Source of the DNA: Promethearchaeota archaeon
GTDB lineage: Archaea; Asgardarchaeota; Heimdallarchaeia; Hodarchaeales; Hodarchaeaceae
NCBI GenBank assembly: GCA_048938105.1
Contig: JBHLMN010000009.1
Span: 32,001 to 96,000 of the forward strand
Length of the DNA: 64,000 nucleotides
Direction: 5' to 3'
Both the position numbers and the translations under genes were made by a program. The notes under the pieces were generated by a model that searched no databases, was not told the origin of the DNA, and was given only the letters and a program-made list of their open reading frames with translations. Position 1 is the first letter of the stretch; the number at the start of each line of letters is the position of its first letter. Shown here piece after piece: positions 27,994 through 37,572 of this stretch.

Positions 27994-29298
27994 CTACACT
28001 GGTTTCAAATGACCCCATTTTTCTAGGGCTTTTTGGAGCTCAGGATGGGATTTGGCTTGCTCTTCAAGTGAAATTTCTTCACGCCAGGCGTCAATTGCTT
28101 GAACAGTAGCTTTCGTACCCGCATGGGTGCCTTCAGGATGACCATGAATACCTCCACCTACTTGGAGAACCATATCAGTGGTTCCATACACAGTTAGAAC
28201 TTCTGGAAGAACTCCTGGATGTAATCCACCAGAAGCAACTGGTAATGTAGGCTTAATGTTCCCCCATGATTGAGTAAGTTTTCTTCCCTTATCTTCACTG
28301 ATTTCTGGATTAAGTAAAAGGTCTTTCATATCAAGGACATCCTCTTTTGGGCTATCAAGCTTACCAACAACAGTACCAATGTGAATATTATCGACACCAA
28401 TGAGTCTCATCAATTTAGCTAAGAAATACATGCTTATACCATGTGTATAGTGCTTTGTAAACGTTGCATGCATAGCCCGATGCGCATGTATAGCCATGTC
28501 TAGATCATCTGCTAAATTTCTAAGGGTTTGAACGCTTGCGAAACCAGTGGTTACTACATCGACCATAAAATATTTAAATCCGTGATCATGAATAAGCTTC
28601 ACACGATTCTCCATTTCATGTGTTTCTGCAGTCACATTGATGAGTGCATCTTTTATCTCACCTGTTGCATTCTCAGCCTTATCTCGTGTCTTTGCCATCT
28701 GTTCAACACGTTTTTCAAAGATATTAAACGACTGAGAAGTTAGGTTCTCATCATCTTTAACCAAATCGCCTCCAGCGCTCCAAAAATCCCATGCAATTTC
28801 ACAATGCTGTTCTACAGTCAACCCAATTTTAGGTTTAGGAACACAGGCTAATAATGGGCCTTCTTTTTTCTTGAAAATTCTCTGAATAGCCTCAACTCCC
28901 ATATGAGGGCCCTTTGACTCTTTAATGTATTGCAAAGGAAGAGTGGCATCTATTAACCGTAAATTCCTAACTGCCTTCATTCCAAAGATGTTCCCTGCTA
29001 TCCCCGACATCAGTTGCGGGACATTATCGCGCTCCCATAGAATTGAAGGATAAGCAATTTTAACAAAATGTTCATCATTCCAGAAGGCTCGGCCTCGCAT
29101 ATCATATATTCGATTATCTAGTGTCTCTAGAGTGGTCCAAGTTCCAATTGAAGACTCTGATGCTAATCTTCCAATAGTGTCATCAATCGTGACTTCTTCC
29201 GACTTATCGAAATAGTAAAGCGCGATTAGATCATCCTTTTTTGGTTTATAATCACGGTCGATAAAATCATGATACCACTCTATTTTTTCTTTTGTCAA
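27994..29298 (-). CDS. rbcL: Form III ribulose-1,5-bisphosphate carboxylase large subunit
   Basis: ESSIGTWT, AGNIFGMK, KPKIGL, GDLVKDDEN (carbamylated Lys, Mg ligands), HAHRAMH, GTVVGKL (loop 6), SGGLHPG and GGGIHGHP. TTG start. Confidence 0.95.
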   Translation of the reverse strand: MTKEKIEWYHDFIDRDYKPKKDDLIALYYFDKSEEVTIDDTIGRLASESSIGTWTTLETLDNRIYDMRGRAFWNDEHFVKIAYPSILWERDNVPQLMSGIAGNIFGMKAVRNLRLIDATLPLQYIKESKGPHMGVEAIQRIFKKKEGPLLACVPKPKIGLTVEQHCEIAWDFWSAGGDLVKDDENLTSQSFNIFEKRVEQMAKTRDKAENATGEIKDALINVTAETHEMENRVKLIHDHGFKYFMVDVVTTGFASVQTLRNLADDLDMAIHAHRAMHATFTKHYTHGISMYFLAKLMRLIGVDNIHIGTVVGKLDSPKEDVLDMKDLLLNPEISEDKGRKLTQSWGNIKPTLPVASGGLHPGVLPEVLTVYGTTDMVLQVGGGIHGHPEGTHAGTKATVQAIDAWREEISLEEQAKSHPELQKALEKWGHLKPV

Positions 29299-29405
29299 AA
29301 TAAAAACCTCTTATGTTATATGTAAAGTTTTAACAGTTGTTAGCTTCAATATTCGCTCAAAGCTTTTTCATTAATACAAATTGTTCTAATTTAAATGCAG
29401 AATTA

Positions 29406-30662
29406 TTATTGACCATCCACAGAATTTGTGTATGGGACAGTGGAATCATATTCAACGTCTTTGGCCCCAACCATTGACTTCCAACGCGCTAACATCCGAT
29501 GAAAAGCCTCTTCTACATTGGAATCTATTAAGAAATGGTTTTCAGCTTGAAGCTGGTCTTCAGCTTGATAATTAAATATTCGAAGTATTGACTTTTTAGA
29601 ATCATATTTCGCTTCCAATCTTCCTATAAAATTCCCACAATAGAGGAGAGGATAGACATAATAACCCCATTTTCGATCCTGAGGTTTTTTATATACTTCC
29701 CATACATAATCGTACTCAAACAACTTATTTAGGAGTTGTCTATCCCAAATAACTGGGTCTAACGGGCCTATAACTCTCATCTCCTCATCTAGATTCTCTT
29801 GACATAGATTCCTCCAATTTGAAGGCACAATATAACCTATAACCTCATCTTTCAACTGAACTAGAGTGGGTATTTGCTCTTTAGATTCTTTAATTAAGAG
29901 TTTTTCAGGAGGAATAGCTATTTTCTTACCAAATCTAATGTTTCCGTCTTTCTTGATGGTTATCTTACCAGTGGGAATAATAGGAAAACTTTTCATCTTG
30001 AGTTTGAGCTTTAAAAATTGTTGTTCTTCTTTCGTGTAAGATTTCTTTGTCAAATATGACTTTTTGATATAATTCTCAATTAAATCATACATTTTTCGAA
30101 AATTATTATCACGTATTACTGCTAGTTTCCCCATAGCCCATAATAGCTCAAGAGCTGTCCCTGAATTTCGACTTGTTTTCCATACTGCATATTTTGGTTC
30201 AGCTTTCCCCAAACTAACTAAATCTGAACTTCTCGTTATTCCATGTTTTTGAACATAATCCAACACTTGATCCAGCATTTCAGGATGAGTTTGCTCAAGT
30301 ATCCTTAATGCTCGACTATAATATCTTCCCAGATGGTCTCGATCTAGTGTTTGAGAGTAAAAGAGAGGAAAATACTCTATATAAATCGCATTTAAATTAT
30401 GAAAATATGTTTCAAACACCAATTTCTCTGAATAGACAATTCTTTCAAATTCTCCTTGATGATAATCAAAAATTCGTGAACTGAAAAAAAGATCATGATA
30501 TCTACCAGCAGGGTTGATAGGATCTAACTGAACTATTCCTTGCTCTTGAATAACTTTTTTGATACTATCTTTTCCCTTGCTTTGCCAGCGATGAAGATGA
30601 CAACCTACAATTAATACCCGTTTCAGTTCTTCCTGAGTGATTTGAGGAATTTTCGGAGCCAT
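29406..30662 (-). CDS. YcaQ/AlkZ (HTH_42) interstrand-crosslink DNA glycosylase family protein
   Basis: Catalytic QxD motif (VQLDPIN), PLDPVIWDR, FEYDYVWEVYKKPQDRKWGYYVYPLL and FIGRLE. Confidence 0.85.
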   Translation of the reverse strand: MAPKIPQITQEELKRVLIVGCHLHRWQSKGKDSIKKVIQEQGIVQLDPINPAGRYHDLFFSSRIFDYHQGEFERIVYSEKLVFETYFHNLNAIYIEYFPLFYSQTLDRDHLGRYYSRALRILEQTHPEMLDQVLDYVQKHGITRSSDLVSLGKAEPKYAVWKTSRNSGTALELLWAMGKLAVIRDNNFRKMYDLIENYIKKSYLTKKSYTKEEQQFLKLKLKMKSFPIIPTGKITIKKDGNIRFGKKIAIPPEKLLIKESKEQIPTLVQLKDEVIGYIVPSNWRNLCQENLDEEMRVIGPLDPVIWDRQLLNKLFEYDYVWEVYKKPQDRKWGYYVYPLLYCGNFIGRLEAKYDSKKSILRIFNYQAEDQLQAENHFLIDSNVEEAFHRMLARWKSMVGAKDVEYDSTVPYTNSVDGQ

Positions 30663-30936
30663 AATGGTTCAAGTTTGAAAATCTAAAAAATAGATTTATA
30701 TCAATGCAATAAGCCAATACAATTGGTCAAGTTTAATACTTCGGGGACGGTGGTGTTCCTCTCCTTATCATTGGGTAAAATGAAGAGGATTCTGAAATAT
30801 GGAATTTTCAAATAAAGATAATTCATTTTCAAAGATGCGAAGAATCGAAAACAATAGAAACAACAAACTTCGTCAATTGACCACACTTTGGATTTTGGTT
30901 TTTGGGGTAATATTAGTACTTCTTTCTGGATTTTTT

Positions 30937-32001
30937 TTAAGAACTATAATCTAAAGAGTATTTACTTTGTGTATCATACACTACTTCAAATAAGTCGTTT
31001 TTTATTTTATCAACTGTTTTTAATAGATGGATAATTAAATTTTCTTCCTGTTTCGTCATCACAGGAAAACCATAAGCATTATTCATGTATTTCAAAGGTT
31101 TTCCTTGAGCTAGTCTCCTTTGTACAAAGTTTTCATGCCTCTGTAAACGCTTGTTTATTCTTTGATTAGCAAATTCTACAATTCCTTCTAAACGTTTGAT
31201 TATTATATTTTCAAACCTCGGATCTAGTTCATATCCAATACTATTTCTTTCTGAACTCATCGCAGCAACTGTTGTTGTCCCTGTGCCAAGAAAAGGATCA
31301 AGAACGATATCTCCTCTCACTGAAAACATATTAATTAATCTATAGGCTAATTCAAAAGCGAAAGCAGCACTTCTCTCTCTGGTTTCATTGTTCAGTCCTT
31401 GTGATGTCCCTTTAATATTCCAAAGATCAGAAAACCAATCATTTCGTTCTTCCCAAAAGTAAGAACTTTCTTGTCTATTCAGCTTTTCCAAGGCTTTTTT
31501 AAATTCCCTTTTACCCCCTTTTCTGAGGATTAAAATAAATTCATGCTCTAATGTAACATATGCCCCAGGAGGTAACATTCCTGACCCCATAAACTTATTC
31601 GGAGCATTAGTAGGTTTATGCCAGATTATTTCTGGTAATGCACTGAATCCCAGAACAAAACAAGAATTTAAAATCCGTGAATGGTTCGAATAGACGTGAA
31701 AATTTTCTCCAATTGTTCTAACAGCGTCACCAACATTAATACAAGTAATTCCTCCTCTTTTAAGAACCCGATAAACCTCCTTCCAGACTTTATCTAACTC
31801 TCGATGCATTAATTCAAATGCTAAAAGGCCATTTTGTACGTGTAAAGCGCTCTTAATCTCTGGATTTATTTTAGAGAATAAATCATCCCATAGCTCAATA
31901 ATTGGGTACGGGGGACTAGTAACTACTAAATCAACACTTTCTGTTTTGATTTTTTGCATGTTATTAGAATTGCTGAAAAATATCTGGTGAGTAGTCTTCA
32001 T
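30937..32001 (-). CDS. Beta-class N4-cytosine DNA methyltransferase, M.MthZI/Zim (CTAG)-like
   Basis: TSPPY precedes VLDPFLGTGTT. KFMGSGMLPP.AYVT.EHE, YFWEERN.WFSD and FELAYRLINM match M.MthZI as recalled. Confidence 0.85.
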   Translation of the reverse strand: MKTTHQIFFSNSNNMQKIKTESVDLVVTSPPYPIIELWDDLFSKINPEIKSALHVQNGLLAFELMHRELDKVWKEVYRVLKRGGITCINVGDAVRTIGENFHVYSNHSRILNSCFVLGFSALPEIIWHKPTNAPNKFMGSGMLPPGAYVTLEHEFILILRKGGKREFKKALEKLNRQESSYFWEERNDWFSDLWNIKGTSQGLNNETRERSAAFAFELAYRLINMFSVRGDIVLDPFLGTGTTTVAAMSSERNSIGYELDPRFENIIIKRLEGIVEFANQRINKRLQRHENFVQRRLAQGKPLKYMNNAYGFPVMTKQEENLIIHLLKTVDKIKNDLFEVVYDTQSKYSLDYSS

Positions 32002-32081
32002 CCGTAACGACTAACCTTGTTTTCTTTAAATCTAGGAGATCAGGTGAGAGATTAACTTATGGCTACTTATAAACAATCTGG

Positions 32082-33023
32082 TTGAGTCTGTCTAACATAA
32101 CTTTAAGAAAACTATATTTCAACAGAAAATCGGAGATTTTTCTGCTAGATAATGTTATACAAATCCAAAAAAAGGCAAGAACTGCAACATTGACTGCTCT
32201 AGCTGTTAACACATCACTAGGTCTATTGAAAATTATTTCAGGGTTATTAATTTCGAGTATGTCGCTAATTGCTGATGGATTCGATTCATTGATGGATTTA
32301 TTTATGGGAATATTTGCTTTTCTTGGAACAATTATTGCTCAGAAACCTGCTGATGAGGATCACTTATATGGACATGAAAAAATTGAAATGATTTATTTAT
32401 TATTAATAATTGGAATAATTTTAGTAACAGCAATCGGTATCTTTTTTCAAGCTCTAGATCGTTTTATAAGGGGAATAGAATTAGAATTCTCAATCTTAGG
32501 GCTATTTATTGCCGTTATTTCAATTTTAGGGAAATTTACCATTTCTATTGTTGTCTTTCGAATAGCAAAACAGATTAATTCAGCTAGTCTTAAAGCAACA
32601 GCATTCAACTATCTAACTGACATGTTTTCTTCTATTTTGGTTTTGATAGCAGTGATAGGAGCTTTTATTAACGTTGGGATCTTTGATTCCATTGCTGCTA
32701 TTATTATCTCTCTCTTAATAACTTACATAGCTCTTAAAATGCTTAAAGAGGCCTTAAGTATTCTTTTAGACCGTGCACCTGATGAAAAAGAACTTAAGCT
32801 TATAAATAATTTAGCTACTTCAGTTGAAGGTGTTAAAGAAGTTCATAAAATACGTGCAAGAATGATAAGGAGTAGAATTGTTGGTGATATGCATGTACTT
32901 GTTGATCCAGAACTTTCTATTCGACAGGGCCATAAAATTAGTGAGGAAGTCTTTGATATCATTCAAAGAAATCTTGGAGCAAATATTATTATCCACTTAG
33001 AACCTTATGAGCGAAAACACTGA
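32082..33023 (+). CDS. Cation diffusion facilitator (FieF-like) transporter
   Basis: SLIADGFDSLMD, KPADEDHLYGHEK, about six TM segments, DMHVLVD and HLEP. Exact start uncertain. Confidence 0.9.
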   Translation: MSLSNITLRKLYFNRKSEIFLLDNVIQIQKKARTATLTALAVNTSLGLLKIISGLLISSMSLIADGFDSLMDLFMGIFAFLGTIIAQKPADEDHLYGHEKIEMIYLLLIIGIILVTAIGIFFQALDRFIRGIELEFSILGLFIAVISILGKFTISIVVFRIAKQINSASLKATAFNYLTDMFSSILVLIAVIGAFINVGIFDSIAAIIISLLITYIALKMLKEALSILLDRAPDEKELKLINNLATSVEGVKEVHKIRARMIRSRIVGDMHVLVDPELSIRQGHKISEEVFDIIQRNLGANIIIHLEPYERKH

Positions 33024-33096
33024 TATAGGGTAATTATGCATATTACCGTGAAAACAAATACGTTTGAATTGATTGATTAAATGATATCACCTAATT

Positions 33097-34473
33097 ATGA
33101 AGTGTAAAGAGACGAAGATCATGGCTATTGATGATATTGATGATTTTTCATCAGTTTCTTCTTCAATTTTTTATGCCAAAAGAAATACACTAGAAAAACA
33201 GGGTTTATTACTTAATTTAGCATCAATTGAACGTCATGATTCTTCAAAACAAACTGAATTACCAGCTCTAGGTTCTCCTTCAGAGCGTTCTTCAATTGGA
33301 AATTCTCATCTTGACGTGGAAATAGAGGAGTCACCTTCTTCTTGGAAAAAGAAAATAATTTACAAACCCCAACCACTTTCGACCTATTATTCCGAAATTC
33401 CAGTCATTAAAAAGGAAAAAAAGCCTATCAAAAAGATTAATAAGAGAAAAAGAGGGAAAAAAACTTCACCTACCAGGCAACTTCTCACATCTGCTCTACT
33501 AGAGACAAAAGAACGATTATTAACACACGAAAAATCATATTTAAAGAAAAAAACCTTATCAAGACAAGAAAAGAAAAAACGAGATCTCTGGAAAAGAAAA
33601 AAACAAACTATCGAATTAAATCACTTTATTTCAGAAATTAACGTTAGAACAAAAGAAATCCAAGCAGAAGCATTAATGAAGCCAGATGTGTATCAAATTC
33701 AACAAGAATCTACATTGAAGGAAAATGACCCCTTCCCTTTTACTAATCTAACCGAGTGGTTAATTTGGCATAACAATTATCCAGAATTAGCTTTTGTACG
33801 AGAAGCTTATGATCTAGAACAGATTCCAGAGGAAGGAGACGTTGAAATATTCTGGGTAAATGTAATGAATGACCCTGAGTTTTTTAATCCTGATTGGAGA
33901 ATAGCTGGCTCAACTATTGATCTTGATTCAATTAAATATCAAAGAAAATCCGATTGGAAACCTGAATGGGACATAATGGCTACCTACACCGATGGATTTT
34001 CTACATTCTTCAAAGATATTCATCAAATCCTGACTCAAAACCCTCAAGGATTGAATTATCGCTATTCTATCCTTCAATTTGCATTGAAAGGACTCCTCCT
34101 TTTAGATCTGGCTTATTTTGACGCGGAGAAACAAAAATGGTTTAGTAAGGGATCATTTGAAGATTTGATGATTCGTCTTAAAGAATTAGATCAATTTGTT
34201 AGTCAACAGGAAAATGTTTCAACATATCAGCAAAATTTAACGCCCTCTATGGTGAAAAACAATTGGTATTCGGGTTTGATATGCTTTGATCTATTAATTA
34301 CTCAATCAATTTACCTTAAACATTTTTCTCAAAACCAATTAACTGAAGATGAAAAGATTCATGTAATTAACCAAGCGAATTTTCGTCAAACTATTTTGAA
34401 AAAACTTTCCACGCTTGAAGAAATGGACACAACTCGTGTTAGAAGCCTACAGAGAAAACTCCAGGCATCTTAA
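33097..34473 (+). CDS. Hypothetical protein with a disordered Ser/Lys-rich N-terminal half
   Basis: 458-aa ORF with basic clusters (KKEKKPIKKINKRKRGKK) and an aromatic-rich globular C-terminal half. No recognised family. Confidence 0.7.
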   Translation: MKCKETKIMAIDDIDDFSSVSSSIFYAKRNTLEKQGLLLNLASIERHDSSKQTELPALGSPSERSSIGNSHLDVEIEESPSSWKKKIIYKPQPLSTYYSEIPVIKKEKKPIKKINKRKRGKKTSPTRQLLTSALLETKERLLTHEKSYLKKKTLSRQEKKKRDLWKRKKQTIELNHFISEINVRTKEIQAEALMKPDVYQIQQESTLKENDPFPFTNLTEWLIWHNNYPELAFVREAYDLEQIPEEGDVEIFWVNVMNDPEFFNPDWRIAGSTIDLDSIKYQRKSDWKPEWDIMATYTDGFSTFFKDIHQILTQNPQGLNYRYSILQFALKGLLLLDLAYFDAEKQKWFSKGSFEDLMIRLKELDQFVSQQENVSTYQQNLTPSMVKNNWYSGLICFDLLITQSIYLKHFSQNQLTEDEKIHVINQANFRQTILKKLSTLEEMDTTRVRSLQRKLQAS

Positions 34474-34514
34474 ATGTGAGAATACGTGTTCTCTAAGTAA
34501 ATATTTTTCAGATT

Positions 34515-35597
34515 TTATCGCGTGACTGGAAACCTTAAAATCTGTTCTCTAAGACCCTTTAATTTTGAATTCGTTTCAAATGCTTTTCTTACAGGCTGAA
34601 TCATCTCATTTAAGTAAAAAGCCACCGCACTTTTTAGATCAGCAGGGTGAACTTCCTTATTTTGAAAAGTAGTTTCAAGATCGAGATATGAAGTGAATTC
34701 AATGTCTCCACCAAATTTATCAGCTCGTTCGACTTTGAATTTGTCATATTTCTCAAAAATAAAATATCGAATATATTCGAGAATAGGATTGTCTTCAACA
34801 GTTTCAGGACAGTAAGCTTTTTGGATTTTTCTTTTAATCTCCTTTTCAGTATCAGTCATAAAGATTGCTGCATCAGGATTTGATTTAGACATCTTCAAAT
34901 CAAGCACTTTTTCCTCAATACTTGCATAGGATTCCTTAGGAGGATTGAGGCCGCGTACCATGTGATGTGAAATCACTATTGGCTTACTCCCGAATAATTT
35001 CGGTCCTACCTCACGCGCCAGCATGTTAACTTTACGTTGATCCATACCTAGTTGAGTCACATCAACATCTTGCCAAAATATGTCCGCACATTGCATACAC
35101 GGATAGAGAATTTGAGACGCTTGAAGCATATCTGTTTGAGATCTTCCCATGATTTGAGCGGTTCTAATGATGCGTTTAAGGGTGGAATTACGTGCAATTT
35201 GCATAACTTTTTTCCAGTAATCGTCATTCCTCACAAACTCGGATGCCCAAAGAAAGTTCACATTTTCGAGATCCATTCCTGTTTGTCGCCATATTTCTAT
35301 TAAGTACTTCCCCGCTGTTTGAATATCAGTGAGATTTCCCCCAAGTTTGTTGTTAGCCCAACCATGCCAATCAGCTACTAGCATATTAAAAGTAGCACCA
35401 GCTTTAATCATCTTGTTAACATTAATTGCTCGAAGAATGCCTTGTGCAATGTGAATTTGGCCACTGGGTTCGAATCCATCATAAGTAATAAAACTTTTTT
35501 TTGCGTCTAATAATTCAATCAATTCTTCTTCAGTCACAATTTCCTCTCCCACACTTCTGATCAATTTTAATCGTTTTTCAGTACTCAATTTTATCAC
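34515..35597 (-). CDS. tyrS: Tyrosine--tRNA ligase (archaeal/eukaryotic type)
   Basis: YDGFEPSG, HIAQ (HIGH motif), ADWHGW, YPCMQCADI, GMDQRK, KMSKS and HPADLK. Confidence 0.96.
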   Translation of the reverse strand: MIKLSTEKRLKLIRSVGEEIVTEEELIELLDAKKSFITYDGFEPSGQIHIAQGILRAINVNKMIKAGATFNMLVADWHGWANNKLGGNLTDIQTAGKYLIEIWRQTGMDLENVNFLWASEFVRNDDYWKKVMQIARNSTLKRIIRTAQIMGRSQTDMLQASQILYPCMQCADIFWQDVDVTQLGMDQRKVNMLAREVGPKLFGSKPIVISHHMVRGLNPPKESYASIEEKVLDLKMSKSNPDAAIFMTDTEKEIKRKIQKAYCPETVEDNPILEYIRYFIFEKYDKFKVERADKFGGDIEFTSYLDLETTFQNKEVHPADLKSAVAFYLNEMIQPVRKAFETNSKLKGLREQILRFPVTR

Positions 35598-35773
35598 TTT
35601 ATGATAGATATAAGTTTTATTAAAACTTGTTGAGCAATCAAGAACTTCTCATTTGTTTCAAACATGATTAAAGACTATCTTGAGCAAGATGGAAGACTCT
35701 GTTTTAGGGTTGCGATATTAATATTATTGGACAAATGAAAAATTTTTTTATTCTAATAGATTATTTTTAAAGT

Positions 35774-36469
35774 ATGAAAACTATTGGTCTTATCGGAGGT
35801 ATGAGTTGGGAGTCCTCACATGAATATTACCAAATAATTAATGAAACAGTCAAAGAATACCTTGGAGGGTTACACTCTGCGAAGAGTATTATGTATTCTT
35901 TTGATTTCGATGAAATCGAGTCTCTTCAACATCAAGGGAGATGGGTAGAACTAGGCAAATTAGTAATTGATGCTGCTCAAAAACTTGAGAAAGTAGGAGC
36001 AGACCTGATCGTGATTTGTACAAATACAGTACATAAAGTAGCTGACGAGGTGCAAAACAATATCAATATCCCATTATGGCATATAGTCGACGCAACTGCT
36101 GAAAAAATAAATGAAAAGGGACTCCGAAAAGTTGGATTATTAGGAACCAAATTCACCATGGAAGAGGGTTTCTATAAAAACCGATTAACAGAAAAATATG
36201 GTTTACAAGTGATAATTCCAAAGAGAGAAGGGCGACAAATAATACATGACATTATTTACAGAGAATTAGTTATTGGTTTAATAGAAGAAAGATCAAAAGT
36301 AAAATTCATTGAAATAATTCAGCAACTTAAGACAATGGGAGTACAGGGGATAATCCTTGGATGCACAGAAATTCCTCTTTTAATAAAACAAGAAGATGTG
36401 GATCTCCCATTGTTTGATACAACAACAATCCATGCTAGCTCAGCAGCTAAATATGCTTTAAGAACATAA
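35774..36469 (+). CDS. Aspartate/glutamate racemase family (RacX/YgeA-like) amino-acid racemase
   Basis: MKTIGLIGGMSWES, GGLHSA, CTNT and GCTE catalytic cysteine motifs, FDTT.IH. Confidence 0.92.
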   Translation: MKTIGLIGGMSWESSHEYYQIINETVKEYLGGLHSAKSIMYSFDFDEIESLQHQGRWVELGKLVIDAAQKLEKVGADLIVICTNTVHKVADEVQNNINIPLWHIVDATAEKINEKGLRKVGLLGTKFTMEEGFYKNRLTEKYGLQVIIPKREGRQIIHDIIYRELVIGLIEERSKVKFIEIIQQLKTMGVQGIILGCTEIPLLIKQEDVDLPLFDTTTIHASSAAKYALRT

Positions 36470-36751
36470 GAAGTAATATTGACATAATTAGTTATCTAGT
36501 TCATTCTTGAAAAGAAAATCCCCCTAAATATAATCTTTTTTCATCTACAGGAAAAATCTTACAATATGATATTTAATAAGGAGTCTATATTTCCCTAGTA
36601 CTTAATATAAAGGAAAAAACTGTTAGTTAACTGTTACACACTTTTTCAGTTAAGGTAGTAAAAATCTATTTTGTGTTCAATCACTAGAACACTTAATGTT
36701 CAAACTGTAGAATTAAAAATTAACAAGATTTCATTGAATTAGTGATTTTTT

Positions 36752-37570
36752 ATGAATAGAATTTATATGAATATAATTTTAGGAGTTAGTATGACTGCAA
36801 TTGTCTCTTTAGGAGGCCTTTTTGCTACTCCTCTTTTGATGACTTATTTTTTTCCAGATCAGATTAAAGAAATTCGCCGTGCAGACCACATTTACCATGT
36901 ATCCTTCGATTATCATAATTATACGGGATTATCTCTTCCAATCACATCACTAGAAATTTTTTATAGAGTATTCAACAGTACGAAGTTACAACATCCTGAC
37001 CCATATTTTGTGGGTATTTTTGTGACAAGAGAAGGCGTGAATAAAGATGAATATATAACAAATGACTCAATATGGAATTTTCATGCTTACCAAGGTTATG
37101 AATATAATGATTGGAATGTTGCGATGGTCTTTGGTACTCATACAAAAGTAAATCCAGACATTTATATTCATCATAACTATATTTCTTATGAAGTGACCCT
37201 TTTCAGTCAAATGATACTGGAAGCACTTTCAACCGCGCCAGTTGTTAATGAACTTGACTTATTTCCAGCCTTAAATTATTCAGAAAGACGTAAATATACT
37301 GGTGATTGGCAAATGCCAGAGAATTGGGAATTTTCAACAAGAATAACGTTTGAAAACGCTACATCAATAGAAATAGATGCACACAGAGATGGCTGGTTAA
37401 AATCTACAAGATTTCATTGTGAGCAATGGGGTACCACCGAAGAAGGAATACCATATTGTGTTGTTGGTGTAGGCGACCCTTGCATCTATAAAGAATATGG
37501 GGCTACATTCGATGATTTTCATCAAACTTTCGGAAATTATGCTCGTACTCATATAAGTTGGATTAAATAA
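36752..37570 (+). CDS. Hypothetical protein with an N-terminal membrane anchor
   Basis: Hydrophobic N-terminus, aromatic-rich remainder with sequons. No family recognised. Confidence 0.7.
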   Translation: MNRIYMNIILGVSMTAIVSLGGLFATPLLMTYFFPDQIKEIRRADHIYHVSFDYHNYTGLSLPITSLEIFYRVFNSTKLQHPDPYFVGIFVTREGVNKDEYITNDSIWNFHAYQGYEYNDWNVAMVFGTHTKVNPDIYIHHNYISYEVTLFSQMILEALSTAPVVNELDLFPALNYSERRKYTGDWQMPENWEFSTRITFENATSIEIDAHRDGWLKSTRFHCEQWGTTEEGIPYCVVGVGDPCIYKEYGATFDDFHQTFGNYARTHISWIK

Positions 37571-37572
37571 GG

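Noticed and set aside
27994-29298. RuBisCO-like protein (form IV) or evidence of a Calvin cycle
   Set aside because: Catalytic residues are complete, so it is not form IV. There is no small subunit or phosphoribulokinase in the window to support a Calvin cycle.
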